The notes beneath the pieces were generated by a model. That model saw only the letters and a program-made list of their open reading frames with translations. It was not told the origin of the DNA and did not search any database. Of a stretch of DNA of 64,000 nucleotides, positions 39,918-50,460 are shown piece by piece. Origin of the DNA: Candidatus Moraniibacteriota bacterium (GTDB lineage: Bacteria > Patescibacteriota > Minisyncoccia > Moranbacterales > GCA-2747515); contig CP175956.1 of NCBI GenBank assembly GCA_046116545.1, positions 961,734 through 1,025,733 on the forward strand, given 5' to 3'. The translations under genes were made by a program, and so were the position numbers. Numbering within the stretch: the stretch's first letter is position 1; every line of letters starts with the position of its first letter.

Positions 39918-40307
39918 TTATTCATGCACAATATCAATGTTTTTATTGTGTTCTTCTCCTGCATAAATAAATAATCTCGTTTGCATTTGACTACCAAGTT
40001 TATTTTTTGGTAGCATTCCAACAATAGATCTACGCAAAATTTCTTCTGGTTTATCTTCACGCATCTCCTTAACAGTAGTTTCCTTCATTCCACCATGATA
40101 TCCAGAATAATTATAATACTTTTTATCATTTTCTTTATTTCCTGTCAAATTAATTTTTTCAGCATTAATAATAACAACTCCATCACCTCCATCAATATGT
40201 GGTGTGTAGTCAACTTTATTTTTTCCTGATAAAATCTTAGCTATCTCAGTTGATAGTCTCCCTAAGACATAGTTTTTTGCGTCAAATGAATGATATTGCC
40301 GTTCCAT
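39918..40307 (-). CDS. rplM: 50S ribosomal protein L13
   Basis: Matches the L13 family. Adjacent to rpsI. Confidence 0.85.
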   Translation of the reverse strand: MERQYHSFDAKNYVLGRLSTEIAKILSGKNKVDYTPHIDGGDGVVIINAEKINLTGNKENDKKYYNYSGYHGGMKETTVKEMREDKPEEILRRSIVGMLPKNKLGSQMQTRLFIYAGEEHNKNIDIVHE

Positions 40308-40332
40308 GTTATTTTAATCAAATACTTACAAT

Positions 40333-40827
40333 TTATTTTGATGATTTCTTATCATCAGATTTCTTCACATCTTTAGTCTCTTTAGTCTCTTTAGTCTTCT
40401 TAGATTCTTTGGGTTTACCTTCTGATTTCTTTTCTGCCTTAACTTGTTTTTTTCCACCCTTATTTTCAGATAAATCAACTAATTCTAGTATTGCTATTCT
40501 CGCACTATCACTTTTTCTTGGTGATAATTTAATAACACGAGCATACCCACTATCACGACTATCAAACTTTTTGATATCTTGAATTAATTTAGTTAAAGCT
40601 TCTTTTGATAATTCACCCTCTAGCTTTCGTACAATCTCCATTTTATTACCATCAGCACGCTTTGCTTTTGTGATAATTTTATCAATTAAGCTTTTAGATT
40701 CTTTTGCCTTTGCTTCTGTAGTTTCAATGCGACCATGTATAATAAGACTACTCAAAAGAGAATTCAAAAGCGCTTTTCTTTGAGAACGCACACGACCAAA
40801 TTGTCTACCTGTTTTACAGTGTTTCAT
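40333..40827 (-). CDS. rplQ: 50S ribosomal protein L17 with a K/E-rich C-terminal tail
   Basis: N-terminus MKHCKTGRQFGRVRSQRKALL. ~45-aa lysine/glutamate-rich tail. Confidence 0.85.
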   Translation of the reverse strand: MKHCKTGRQFGRVRSQRKALLNSLLSSLIIHGRIETTEAKAKESKSLIDKIITKAKRADGNKMEIVRKLEGELSKEALTKLIQDIKKFDSRDSGYARVIKLSPRKSDSARIAILELVDLSENKGGKKQVKAEKKSEGKPKESKKTKETKETKDVKKSDDKKSSK

Positions 40828-40849
40828 GACTATATAAAATTATATTTAC

Positions 40850-41560
40850 TTATTCTTCATCTTCAGTAGCATCTACACCACCTGCTGATAGTGCACCAAA
40901 TTGCTCTACTAAAATATTTACTGAATCATCAAATGCCTCTTGTGGAGTAATACTTCCATCAGTAACTATCTCAAGAGTAACTTTTTCATAATCAGTTCTT
41001 TTTCCAACACGCATATTTTCAACATTGTAATTCACACGCTTTACTGGTGTATATACGGCATCTATAACTATTGAGCCTAGTTCTCTATCATCACTAGAAT
41101 ACTGATCAGAAGAAACATACCCAATACCTTTTTCCACAGTAAATTCCATTTCAAGAGTTGTCTTTTTATCTGTAATTGTTGCAATTTGTTGCTTTCCATC
41201 CACAATCTCCAAATCAGCTGAAGTTTCAATATCTGCAGCAGTAATTTTACCTTCACCCTTGACTTTCAAAGTAGCTGTCATTTTTTCATCAGTATGCATC
41301 TTAAAATTAAGTTGCTTTAAATTTAAAATAATCTGAACAACGTCCTCCATCACACCATCAATCGCTGAAAATTCATGTGAAACTCCCTTTATTTTAACAG
41401 AAGTTATTGCAGAACCTTTCAATGAAGATAAAAGAACTCTTCTAATAGCATTTCCCAAAGTTGTTCCATAACCCGGAAAACAAGCAGGAATTTCAATTGT
41501 TCCTGAATTATCCTTACCCTCTTTATATTGAGAAGCTTCTGGTACTGATATTGTTGACAT
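40850..41560 (-). CDS. rpoA: DNA-directed RNA polymerase alpha subunit, N-terminal domain only (no alpha-CTD)
   Basis: 236 aa. The alpha-NTD is complete (ACFPGYGTTLGNAIRRVLLSS...) and ends ILVEQFGAL...DATEDEE, 22 nt before rplQ. There is no room for a CTD in any frame. Confidence 0.8.
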   Translation of the reverse strand: MSTISVPEASQYKEGKDNSGTIEIPACFPGYGTTLGNAIRRVLLSSLKGSAITSVKIKGVSHEFSAIDGVMEDVVQIILNLKQLNFKMHTDEKMTATLKVKGEGKITAADIETSADLEIVDGKQQIATITDKKTTLEMEFTVEKGIGYVSSDQYSSDDRELGSIVIDAVYTPVKRVNYNVENMRVGKRTDYEKVTLEIVTDGSITPQEAFDDSVNILVEQFGALSAGGVDATEDEE

Positions 41561-41597
41561 ATTTTTTATTTAGTAAATTATAAAAATATAAAATGAA

Positions 41598-42218
41598 TTA
41601 TTTTGAGTAAAACTCAACGATGATTTGTGCATTAATATTTGCATCAAAATCATCTCGTTTTGGCAAAGCAATCATTTTCCCACTCATATCTTTATTATCA
41701 AGAGTAAGCCAGCTTACAACGTGTTTTTTATTCGTAATATATTGTTCTTGATTCTTGAAATATCCATTTCCTTTTTTTGTAGGATTGATAGTTATAACAT
41801 CTCCAACTTTAACTTCATATGAAGGTATAGACATTTTCTTTCCATTAACCTGAATCATCGAATGATTTACAATCTGTCTAGACTGAGGACGAGTATTAGC
41901 AAATCCCAATCTATAAACAACATTGTCTAATCGCTGTTCTAATCTAGCTAATAACAAATCACCAGTAACACCTGGACGATTTTTTACATCCTCATAATGT
42001 TTTCGAAATTGCTTTTCCATAACACCGTAAATATATTTTGCTTTTTGCTTCATAGCAAGCTGCTTCCCATATTCACTTTTATTACGAGAAAAACTTTTAC
42101 CATGTACTCCAGGAGCATAGTTTTTACGAGATAAAATTCTATCGTACTTTTCAGCACCATAAATGTTTTCGCCAAATCGACGACATATTTTTGCTTTTGG
42201 TCCTCTATATCGAGCCAT
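41598..42218 (-). CDS. rpsD: 30S ribosomal protein S4
   Basis: MARYRGPKAKICRRFGENI. 206 aa. Confidence 0.9.
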   Translation of the reverse strand: MARYRGPKAKICRRFGENIYGAEKYDRILSRKNYAPGVHGKSFSRNKSEYGKQLAMKQKAKYIYGVMEKQFRKHYEDVKNRPGVTGDLLLARLEQRLDNVVYRLGFANTRPQSRQIVNHSMIQVNGKKMSIPSYEVKVGDVITINPTKKGNGYFKNQEQYITNKKHVVSWLTLDNKDMSGKMIALPKRDDFDANINAQIIVEFYSK

Positions 42219-42255
42219 ACCTTCTGTAATTAAATAAATTTATTATAAGAAAAAA

Positions 42256-42744
42256 TTATACACGACGTGGTTTACGACGTCTACACCCATTATGTGCAAT
42301 AGGAGTTATGTCTTTTATCAAACTAATTTCAAATCCTTTTGCAGCCAATGCTCTGATAGAAGCATCTCTTCCACCTCCAACACCTTTTACAAAAACTTGC
42401 AATTCTTTGATATTATTTTTTTCAACTTTTTCAACAACAGCATTTACAATCTGAGAAGCTGCATACGGAGTAGATTTTTTAGCACCTTTGAATCCAAGCA
42501 TTCCAGCACTTGCCCAACCTAGTACAGCACCATTTAAATCTGTAATAGTTACAATCGTATTATTATATGTAGATTGAATATGTGCCTGACCTTTACGAAT
42601 CTGTCTTTTACCAGACTTTTTTGATTTTGTAGGACGAACATCTTTTTTTGCATCATCACTTACTGAATTAGCTTTAGCTTTAACAGTATTTTTTGATTCT
42701 GTCTCTACAACCTTATCTTCTTTTTTATTCATTTCTTCACTCAT
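42256..42744 (-). CDS. rpsK: 30S ribosomal protein S11 with a ~35-aa basic N-terminal extension
   Basis: Core GQAHIQSTYNNTIVTITDLNGAVLGWASAGMLGFKG. Confidence 0.9.
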   Translation of the reverse strand: MSEEMNKKEDKVVETESKNTVKAKANSVSDDAKKDVRPTKSKKSGKRQIRKGQAHIQSTYNNTIVTITDLNGAVLGWASAGMLGFKGAKKSTPYAASQIVNAVVEKVEKNNIKELQVFVKGVGGGRDASIRALAAKGFEISLIKDITPIAHNGCRRRKPRRV

Positions 42745-42802
42745 GATAATTCTATATAAAACCTTTTACAAAAATAAACTTTGGATTTAAACTAAATATT
42801 TC

Positions 42803-43192
42803 TTATGTCTTAGAAGCTGCTCCTGATCTACCGCTTCCAGCCGTCATTCTTTTGTTTCCACGAACTGTTCTGTTATTTGTCTTTGTCCTTTGACCTCTAA
42901 CAGGTAATCCTTTTTGATGACGAGTCCCACGATAACAACCAACTTCTTTCAACCTACGTACATTCATTTTACGCTCATGCCTCAACTCACCCTCTGTACT
43001 ATGATCTTTCTCTATAACATCACGTAATCTATCAGCATCTTTTTTCTCAACGTCTTTAGTTCGAGTTATAGGATCAATTTTTAACTCTTCAAGTATTTTT
43101 CTACTTGTAGTCAAACCAATACCATAGATATATGTCAATGATATATCAATACATTTTTCATCTGGAATATTAACACCTGCAATACGAATCAT
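42803..43192 (-). CDS. rpsM: 30S ribosomal protein S13
   Basis: MIRIAGVNIP...IYGIG. Confidence 0.9.
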   Translation of the reverse strand: MIRIAGVNIPDEKCIDISLTYIYGIGLTTSRKILEELKIDPITRTKDVEKKDADRLRDVIEKDHSTEGELRHERKMNVRRLKEVGCYRGTRHQKGLPVRGQRTKTNNRTVRGNKRMTAGSGRSGAASKT

Positions 43193-43215
43193 ATCTTTAT
43201 TATACTTAAAATATT

Positions 43216-43329
43216 TTAACCTTGTCGTTGTTTGTGCTTTGGATTAACACAAATAACATAAACTCGCCCTCTACGACGAACTATTTTACATTGTTTACAC
43301 ATTTTCTTTACTGATGCACGAACTTTCAT
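43216..43329 (-). CDS. rpmJ: 50S ribosomal protein L36 (not in the ORF track)
   Basis: Hand translation of the reverse complement: [37 protein letters not shown] (37 aa) with the C-x2-C-x12-C-x4-H zinc ribbon. Confidence 0.85.
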   Translation of the reverse strand: MKVRASVKKMCKQCKIVRRRGRVYVICVNPKHKQRQG

Positions 43330-43386
43330 TTCTCTATATCTTAATAATTTTAAATCATCTTTTTTTATAGGCTATAAATTTTATAT

Positions 43387-43602
43387 TTATAGTCTTTGCG
43401 TAATTCTACCTTTTGTTAGATCATACGGACTCATCTCCACAATAACGCGATCTCCAGGTAGCAATCGTATATAATGCACACGCATTTTACCTGATATATG
43501 AGCCAATACTTCATGTCCATTATCCAATTCAACCTTAAATGTTGTACTTGGTAATGTCTCCACTACTACGCCTTCTAATTTAATTGTATCTTTTTTTGCC
43601 AT
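43387..43602 (-). CDS. infA: Translation initiation factor IF-1
   Basis: 71 aa S1-like OB fold (GVVVETLP...[20 protein letters not shown]). Confidence 0.9.
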   Translation of the reverse strand: MAKKDTIKLEGVVVETLPSTTFKVELDNGHEVLAHISGKMRVHYIRLLPGDRVIVEMSPYDLTKGRITQRL

Positions 43603-43815
43603 AAATTATATAAATATAAGTTTAAAAAAATCGTAACATCAAAAAACAAGAGGGTGTCATCCACATATTCCATTCCTAAATCTTGATAACCAATTCACAG
43701 GAAAACCTCTTCGTAATATTATATTATGAAACTTTCTTCAAACTCGTACTAACTATACTACCAAATAATAAAAACTTGTCAAGTGCCTTGAGTTATTTAT
43801 CCCTTATTAGCACAC

Positions 43816-45744
43816 TTATCTAACTTTTATTTCCGTCATGAAATCAAATTTTGAAATATGATCAGAAATAAATACTGGAAAACCAGGCACAACACTCTCT
43901 AAAATTATCTTCTCTATCACATCTTTATATTCACTTTCTATAACACTTAATAAATCATCATGTTTTTCACCTCTTATATCATCTCTAAACGAATCAACAT
44001 CTACAGTAGCTACCACAACTGCCGATCCTCTAGCACTCATTTTTACACTATCATTTTCAAAATCAGAACTAACATTACTATATTCAACATTTACATCAAC
44101 TTTTTCTCTATTATATTGATTATATTTTTCTGATAAATTAGATTCCATCACACCTATAACATCTTGCTGCGAAAATATGATAGCCTCAACATCAGAAACT
44201 ATTTCATACATAAATTGATCAGCCATTGTTCCAGCACTAACACTTGGCTCTGATCTTAATATTTCATATTTCACATTTTCATCCAATAACACTTCATCAT
44301 CTGGTCTCAATAATCCATTAATTTGACTTTTTATATATTCATCTAATTCTTCATTCATCTGATTTTCAGCTGCTTCAATATCCTCTTCAGCTACCAACGA
44401 AACTCCATCACCTCCAACGCCTCCACCGGTCATAACCCGTTCACTCATTGCATAAATTTTTTCTTTTTTCGGACCACTACTAAATCCAGGTATTGAAAAT
44501 TTTGTTGGAGCAATATTTGAAGACTCTCCTGATTTATCTGCAATAACTAATGCCTCAACACTACCAGGCTCTGTCCCTTTCATACCAGGAACCGTTGCAG
44601 CCTTAACTAATCTAAACAAAGTTCCATCTTCAGCTAAAAATCTTGTAGTGGCAACTAACGGTTGCGAAACATTACTAAATTCATTAAATATAGTAATGGT
44701 TCCCTGTGCTTTTTGTGCATCGACATCGCCAGTGCCTGTTGCATTAAACGTCTTTGTAAATGTCATATCTCTTTCGATTACTCTAGCTGGTATAATCCTA
44801 CGGTCTGCATCAGCTATGCTTTGATCAGCTTTTGCTGTCATTTCCATGGTCTCATCAATATTGATTTGCTTTGGTTCTATCTCCAATTTTGTTTTTGGCA
44901 AGATTATTACCATAACAGCAATAACCAACATGACACTAACTGCGCCAACAAAACTCCTAACTACAAACTTTGAAGTACTTGACATTGCAACTTCACTTTG
45001 TTGTTTTTTAGCTTTTTTAACTTTTTTCTTATTTTTAGTATGGTTTTTTTCAGCACTCTCAGAATACTGGTTTTGAAAATTATTTTGATGTGACATACCA
45101 TTGCTAACGACTGAATTTTTCAGTGTTTTTTCATACTCATCAAATCCCATTTCTTGCTTTTTAGCATAACCACCGTGCATTTGTTGCTTTGGTGCTACTT
45201 TAGATTGTCGTTGATGTACTTCGCCACCCATTGCAACACCACTTACGCTACTATTAGAAATATTTCTTTGAGGAACAGCATTCATCCTAGATGATTTTTT
45301 TGCTTGTTGCATACTCTCACTATGACCCATATCCATCCCAACACTAGAACTAACTATAGGAGTAGAAATAGGGATTTGATTCTGATTTATCTTATTATTT
45401 TTTACAGGAATATGTTGATTTTTCTTGATTTCAACATGATTTTCTTGATTTGTTCCCAGTGAATTCGCCCTAATGTCTTCATCTTCAGCAAAATACTTAA
45501 CATTTATCCCTGCACGCTGCGCAAAAGACATCCCATCTTCATCATTAGTGATAAGAAGCATCTTTTTACCATATCTCTTTGATTCTTGTAATAACAGCTT
45601 CAGGTTAACAACACTCTGCAATAACAAAGCATGCTGAGGAACAATTACTTCTATATTAATATATGACGATTGCTTTAATCTATCTATAACAGTTGTTATT
45701 TCCTCATCTACATCTACATAGATTTTTTGTACATTATTATTCAT
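43816..45744 (-). CDS. Hypothetical membrane protein (642 aa) between ftsA and the alpha operon
   Basis: Central TM helix (FVGAVSVMLVIAVMVIILP). Q/N/K-rich linker. No recognisable catalytic motifs. Confidence 0.4.
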   Translation of the reverse strand: MNNNVQKIYVDVDEEITTVIDRLKQSSYINIEVIVPQHALLLQSVVNLKLLLQESKRYGKKMLLITNDEDGMSFAQRAGINVKYFAEDEDIRANSLGTNQENHVEIKKNQHIPVKNNKINQNQIPISTPIVSSSVGMDMGHSESMQQAKKSSRMNAVPQRNISNSSVSGVAMGGEVHQRQSKVAPKQQMHGGYAKKQEMGFDEYEKTLKNSVVSNGMSHQNNFQNQYSESAEKNHTKNKKKVKKAKKQQSEVAMSSTSKFVVRSFVGAVSVMLVIAVMVIILPKTKLEIEPKQINIDETMEMTAKADQSIADADRRIIPARVIERDMTFTKTFNATGTGDVDAQKAQGTITIFNEFSNVSQPLVATTRFLAEDGTLFRLVKAATVPGMKGTEPGSVEALVIADKSGESSNIAPTKFSIPGFSSGPKKEKIYAMSERVMTGGGVGGDGVSLVAEEDIEAAENQMNEELDEYIKSQINGLLRPDDEVLLDENVKYEILRSEPSVSAGTMADQFMYEIVSDVEAIIFSQQDVIGVMESNLSEKYNQYNREKVDVNVEYSNVSSDFENDSVKMSARGSAVVVATVDVDSFRDDIRGEKHDDLLSVIESEYKDVIEKIILESVVPGFPVFISDHISKFDFMTEIKVR

Positions 45745-45757
45745 AACTCAAATACTA

Positions 45758-47032
45758 TTACTTTTGAACATCCTTCATTGCTTTTTTTAATATTCTTGAT
45801 ATTTCCTTTTCTTTAGTAAGTTCAGAAACAGCTAAATTTGCGAGTGCTAAGGGCGTTACATCCTGTGGATTATCTAATTCTCCAGTCTCATCTATCATAT
45901 GAATAACATCCCTTGGTTGCAAAAAATTAACACTTAATGATTTCGTAAATGGTAACTTTTTAACCCACTCAGTCTCTAGTAAAACATGTCCTATTTCTGG
46001 TAAAGCGCTTCCACCTCCACATAAATAAATATTTGATGGCAAAAGATCTTTATCCGCAAATTCCATAAGTGATAATTCTACCCCGCCCAACCACACTAGA
46101 CTGTCTTGTAATAATATCTTTGAAAATTGCTCAGATACGTTTGACTGTAATTTACCATGAGTATACTTAATTTTCAATGTTTCTGCTTCTTCAAAGGGAA
46201 TTCTCAGTGATTGAGCTAATCTTTTTGTGAATGCTCGTCCTCCAAGAGCAAACATTTTGGTTCCTTCCAAGCCACCATTGCGAACAACTGCAATATCTGT
46301 TGTCCCACCTCCAATATCTATAAATATTCCATTAAAGTCCAATATATCCTCATACCCAACTGAAGCAGAAACTGCATAAGGCTCAGCAGCAACACGCATC
46401 AAATCAAGATTTAATTCTTGAGCAATCATATCTATGGCTCCCAAATGCATAAGAGGTGCATATGAATTAAAAATACTTATTGATAGATTTTTTCCCTGAA
46501 AATTAAGTGGATTCGCCACTCTATAACCATCTATCCTAACATCAACTATTGCAGCATTTATCAACTTCACATCCACACTTCTGCCTAACTCCCATTCCAT
46601 TTGCTCTCGTATCCTTTCTAATGCCTTCCACTGAACTCTTTGTATTATTTCCTTCAACTCTGGTAACTCCATCCTATTTGATGGATTTGCCCTATCATAA
46701 TGAACTGTTGTTGTAGTACCTTTCACTAACTCTCCAGCCACACCCATAACTGCATGAGATACATCATCAACTCCAGCCATTTTTTTTGCTTGACTGATTG
46801 ATTTTTTACATATTTCTATAACACCATTAATATCTGATATTGCACCACTTTGCATGTTATTTCTTTTTTGTCTTTCTTTGCCAATGCCAACAACTACACC
46901 CTTAGTACTCTCTTCATCAATCCTAAAAACTATTGACTTTACCATTTCAGTACCAATATCCAAAGCAAGATAGTATTCACCATCTTTACTGCCTTTTTTG
47001 AATTTATCAAATATTCCCATTATTTTATTCAA
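45758..47032 (-). CDS. ftsA: Cell division protein FtsA (actin-like ATPase)
   Basis: YYLALDIGTEMVKSIVF phosphate-1 and IDIGGGTTDIAVV phosphate-2 motifs. 424 aa. Confidence 0.75.
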   Translation of the reverse strand: MNKIMGIFDKFKKGSKDGEYYLALDIGTEMVKSIVFRIDEESTKGVVVGIGKERQKRNNMQSGAISDINGVIEICKKSISQAKKMAGVDDVSHAVMGVAGELVKGTTTTVHYDRANPSNRMELPELKEIIQRVQWKALERIREQMEWELGRSVDVKLINAAIVDVRIDGYRVANPLNFQGKNLSISIFNSYAPLMHLGAIDMIAQELNLDLMRVAAEPYAVSASVGYEDILDFNGIFIDIGGGTTDIAVVRNGGLEGTKMFALGGRAFTKRLAQSLRIPFEEAETLKIKYTHGKLQSNVSEQFSKILLQDSLVWLGGVELSLMEFADKDLLPSNIYLCGGGSALPEIGHVLLETEWVKKLPFTKSLSVNFLQPRDVIHMIDETGELDNPQDVTPLALANLAVSELTKEKEISRILKKAMKDVQK

Positions 47033-48077
47033 TTTCAGTTACAGGAAATTTGCCTATTCTGTCCTGTATTGAATTAATTGTCATCAACTTTTCATGTGCC
47101 CCATATTCATCTATAACAGCATCACCATTCGCACTACCCCACGCAATCCCTTGACTAACAGAATTACCATGTAACATGCTAGCAAGGAATCCACTTGCAA
47201 ACGCATCGCCAGCACCTGTTGAATCCTTAACATACTTATCTATTGTTTTTGTGTGATACGTTTTTATTCCATCAAAAACCCAAGCACCATTAATCCCATC
47301 AGTTAAAACTACTATTCCATCGTCGTTTAACATGTGTGAACTTATAGTTTTTAATAAAAACACTATATCTTTATTATACTCTAAATCAAATTTAGACACA
47401 ATTGAAATTGCCTCTTCCTTATTTAAAAATACAATACTGGAATGATGTATTAAATCCAATACAATATTTTCATCTTGTTTTATATTTTTTCCACCTGGAT
47501 TATATGCGAGTTTTAAATTATATTCAGAGACAGCTTTATGTATTTTTTGCATATTAATATCTATATCTTCTCCATATAGAGAACCCACAAAACACCAATC
47601 TATATCTACTAACTCAGATTCTTCTATCTGAAAATTCTCACCAACATCCCTGTTTACAAAAATGGTTCTCTCTCCAGTGTTTTGATCAACTATAATAACT
47701 GATATATCAGTGTCTGACTCTTTAATAATCTGTACACCACCCACATCTACATTTTGAGATTTCAATTTTTCTACAATCCACGCACCATCAGTATCACCAC
47801 CAACATTTCCAGATGCATAAGCTTCAATTCCTAACCTAGTCAACCCCACAGAAACATTACAAGCACATCCACCAGGAGCTGTGAATCTATCTTCCACATG
47901 AACCTTTCCACCATAGCCAAAACAAAACTTTTTTTCATCTTTATTCTGACCTGAATTTTCTATCACAGTACCTGACAAAATCGGAAAAAAAATATCTTTT
48001 CCCATACTTCCCAAACAAATTACTTTTGATATTGTTTCACCTTGATTTTGCATAAAGGTAGATTTTAATTCTTTCAT
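47025..48077 (-). CDS. PfkB-family carbohydrate kinase (ribokinase-like)
   Basis: C-terminal signature DSTGAGDAFASGFLAS. Its 5' end overlaps the ftsA 3' end by 8 nt. Confidence 0.7.
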   Translation of the reverse strand: MKELKSTFMQNQGETISKVICLGSMGKDIFFPILSGTVIENSGQNKDEKKFCFGYGGKVHVEDRFTAPGGCACNVSVGLTRLGIEAYASGNVGGDTDGAWIVEKLKSQNVDVGGVQIIKESDTDISVIIVDQNTGERTIFVNRDVGENFQIEESELVDIDWCFVGSLYGEDIDINMQKIHKAVSEYNLKLAYNPGGKNIKQDENIVLDLIHHSSIVFLNKEEAISIVSKFDLEYNKDIVFLLKTISSHMLNDDGIVVLTDGINGAWVFDGIKTYHTKTIDKYVKDSTGAGDAFASGFLASMLHGNSVSQGIAWGSANGDAVIDEYGAHEKLMTINSIQDRIGKFPVTEIE

Positions 48078-48081
48078 ATTT

Positions 48082-49332
48082 TTATACCTGCTCTGATATT
48101 GTTAGCAATCTATTGTACTTGCATAATCTCTCACCTCTTGATAATGAACCTGTTTTAATAAAGTCCGCAGCAACTCCAACTGACAAATCAGCTATGAAAT
48201 CATCAATTGTTTCACCACTCCTATGAGATACTATTGTCTTCATATTATTATCTTGAGCTAACTTAATACATTCTAAAGTTTCTGTAACTGTACCTATTTG
48301 ATTTGGTTTTATCAATACTGAATTACATGACTTCTCATTGATTGCTCTTTGCAATCTTTTTGTATTTGTAACTATCAAATCATCACCTATAAGCATAATT
48401 TGTTCATCAAATTTTTCATACATTTCGTGCCAACCTTCCCAATCATACTCTGTAAGTCCATCCTCTATACTCATAATATAGTGCTCATCAACCCATTTTT
48501 GATACTCATCCAATAGCTCTGGAACTGTAAATGCTTTATCTTCAATTTCAAATGCATAATGACCACATTTTTCATGATAAAAAGAATTTGCAGCTGCATC
48601 AATTGCAATTCCTATTTCATCACCCATCTTATAACCAGCTTTTTCCACAGCATCTTCAATGGCTATTAGTGGTGCCATATTATTGTCCAACCTCGGAGCA
48701 AAGCCTCCTTCATCCCCAACAGATGTCGCTAATTCCTTATCTGCTAAATACTTTTTTAATGCATGAAAAATTTCTGAACCTGCTCGATATTGTTCTTTGA
48801 AAGTTTTAATTCCATGGGGCACAACCTTATATTCTTGAATAGCCAATCCACTATCTGCATGTTGACCACCATTTATAATATTAAACATAGGGATTGGCAT
48901 TGCCACATCTTCTGTTTTATGCAAATCTGCAATATGTTCATATAATTGCTTTCCTTTGCTAATTGCAGTTACCCTACAAACAGCAAGAGACACTGACAGT
49001 ATGGCATTAGCTCCAAGTCTTTCCTTATTGTCTGTGCCATCAAGTTCAATCATTTTTTTATCAATTTCACTTTGATCAACAACACTCATACCTACAACAG
49101 CTTTTTGTATTTCTCCATTTACATTTTCAATAGCTTTTAGCACACCTTTACCATTATATCTAGCTTTATCTCCGTCTCTCAATTCCAATGCTTCAAATTC
49201 ACCTGTTGATGCTCCACTTGGAACCTGAGCCCAAGCTTTTGTCCCATCATCTAAATATATTTCTGTTTCCAATGTAGGATTACCTCTTGAATCAAGTATT
49301 TCTCTAGCGAATATTTTTTTTATTTTTGCCAT
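48082..49332 (-). CDS. eno: Enolase
   Basis: N-terminus IKKIFAREILDSRGNPTLETE. Full length, 416 aa. Confidence 0.9.
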   Translation of the reverse strand: MAKIKKIFAREILDSRGNPTLETEIYLDDGTKAWAQVPSGASTGEFEALELRDGDKARYNGKGVLKAIENVNGEIQKAVVGMSVVDQSEIDKKMIELDGTDNKERLGANAILSVSLAVCRVTAISKGKQLYEHIADLHKTEDVAMPIPMFNIINGGQHADSGLAIQEYKVVPHGIKTFKEQYRAGSEIFHALKKYLADKELATSVGDEGGFAPRLDNNMAPLIAIEDAVEKAGYKMGDEIGIAIDAAANSFYHEKCGHYAFEIEDKAFTVPELLDEYQKWVDEHYIMSIEDGLTEYDWEGWHEMYEKFDEQIMLIGDDLIVTNTKRLQRAINEKSCNSVLIKPNQIGTVTETLECIKLAQDNNMKTIVSHRSGETIDDFIADLSVGVAADFIKTGSLSRGERLCKYNRLLTISEQV

Positions 49333-49371
49333 AGTTTTTTTAATATTAATTATTTTTTATTATATCATACC

Positions 49372-50445
49372 CTATACACATTTACCTCCATCACATATAA
49401 GTACATCTATCCCAGGCATTTCTTCTCCACCTAAATATGCAAGCATTGCTCCTCCGCCAGTAGACACAAATGATATTTCACTCATCAATCCACTCTCTTC
49501 CACCATTTGAGCACTCTCTCCACCACCTATCAAACTAAATGCCTTTTTATTTTGAGCAATCGCCTCTATTAACTTCAAAGTCCCTTTTTTATATTTTTCC
49601 TTTTCTATCAGTCCCATTGGACCATTCCATACAATTGTATTAGCAGTGCTAATATATTTACAAAAATTTTCTATAGTTTTAGTCCCTATATCATAATACT
49701 TATACTCAAAATCAATTGGTAATACGACATTATCTTCAAGTTTCATTTTCTTATCTCTTGCCTCTACTGCAGTTTTTCCACCAACTAATACCGTATCATA
49801 TTTCCCAGCAAGCTCCTTCATCATTGGAACTTTAGTCTCTATTTTCGATCCACCTATTATTGCTACCGCTGGATGCTCCGGCTCATGCTTCACACGCTTT
49901 AAATTCTTCAATTCTTTTTGGACCCATAATCCTGCAAATGACGGGATACACGTTGTTATTGCATGCACAGATGCATGTTTCCTGTGACAAACAGCAAATG
50001 CATCACTTACATATATATCAAAAGATTTACATAGCTTAGACGCAAATGATTTCACATCTTTTTTTTCTTCTTCATAAAAACGTACATTTTCAAGTAATAT
50101 CACTTTACCATCTCCAAAACCCTCCACTGCACGTTCCACATCCTCACCGATACAATCAGAGACAAATTCAATGTCTCTTTCTAAAATTCCAGAAATATCA
50201 CCAACCATTTTTTTTAGTGAATATTTTTCATTCACTTTTCCGTCAGGCCTGCCAAAATGTGTTAGAAGTGCTACATGCGATGCACCATTTTTAATTAAAA
50301 AATCAACAGTATTTTTAACTGCTGCTATCTTATATACTGATTTAACATGTCCATATTCATCTCTAGACACATTGAAATCAGCCCTTACTATGATTTTTTT
50401 ACCATTAACATTTGTGTCTTGTATTTTTTTTATTTTCATAAACAC
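49372..50445 (-). CDS. pgk: Phosphoglycerate kinase
   Basis: RADFNVS N-terminal motif. GGGES...TGGGA C-domain motifs. 357 aa. Confidence 0.8.
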   Translation of the reverse strand: MFMKIKKIQDTNVNGKKIIVRADFNVSRDEYGHVKSVYKIAAVKNTVDFLIKNGASHVALLTHFGRPDGKVNEKYSLKKMVGDISGILERDIEFVSDCIGEDVERAVEGFGDGKVILLENVRFYEEEKKDVKSFASKLCKSFDIYVSDAFAVCHRKHASVHAITTCIPSFAGLWVQKELKNLKRVKHEPEHPAVAIIGGSKIETKVPMMKELAGKYDTVLVGGKTAVEARDKKMKLEDNVVLPIDFEYKYYDIGTKTIENFCKYISTANTIVWNGPMGLIEKEKYKKGTLKLIEAIAQNKKAFSLIGGGESAQMVEESGLMSEISFVSTGGGAMLAYLGGEEMPGIDVLICDGGKCV

Positions 50446-50460
50446 TCTTGATTTTTATTT

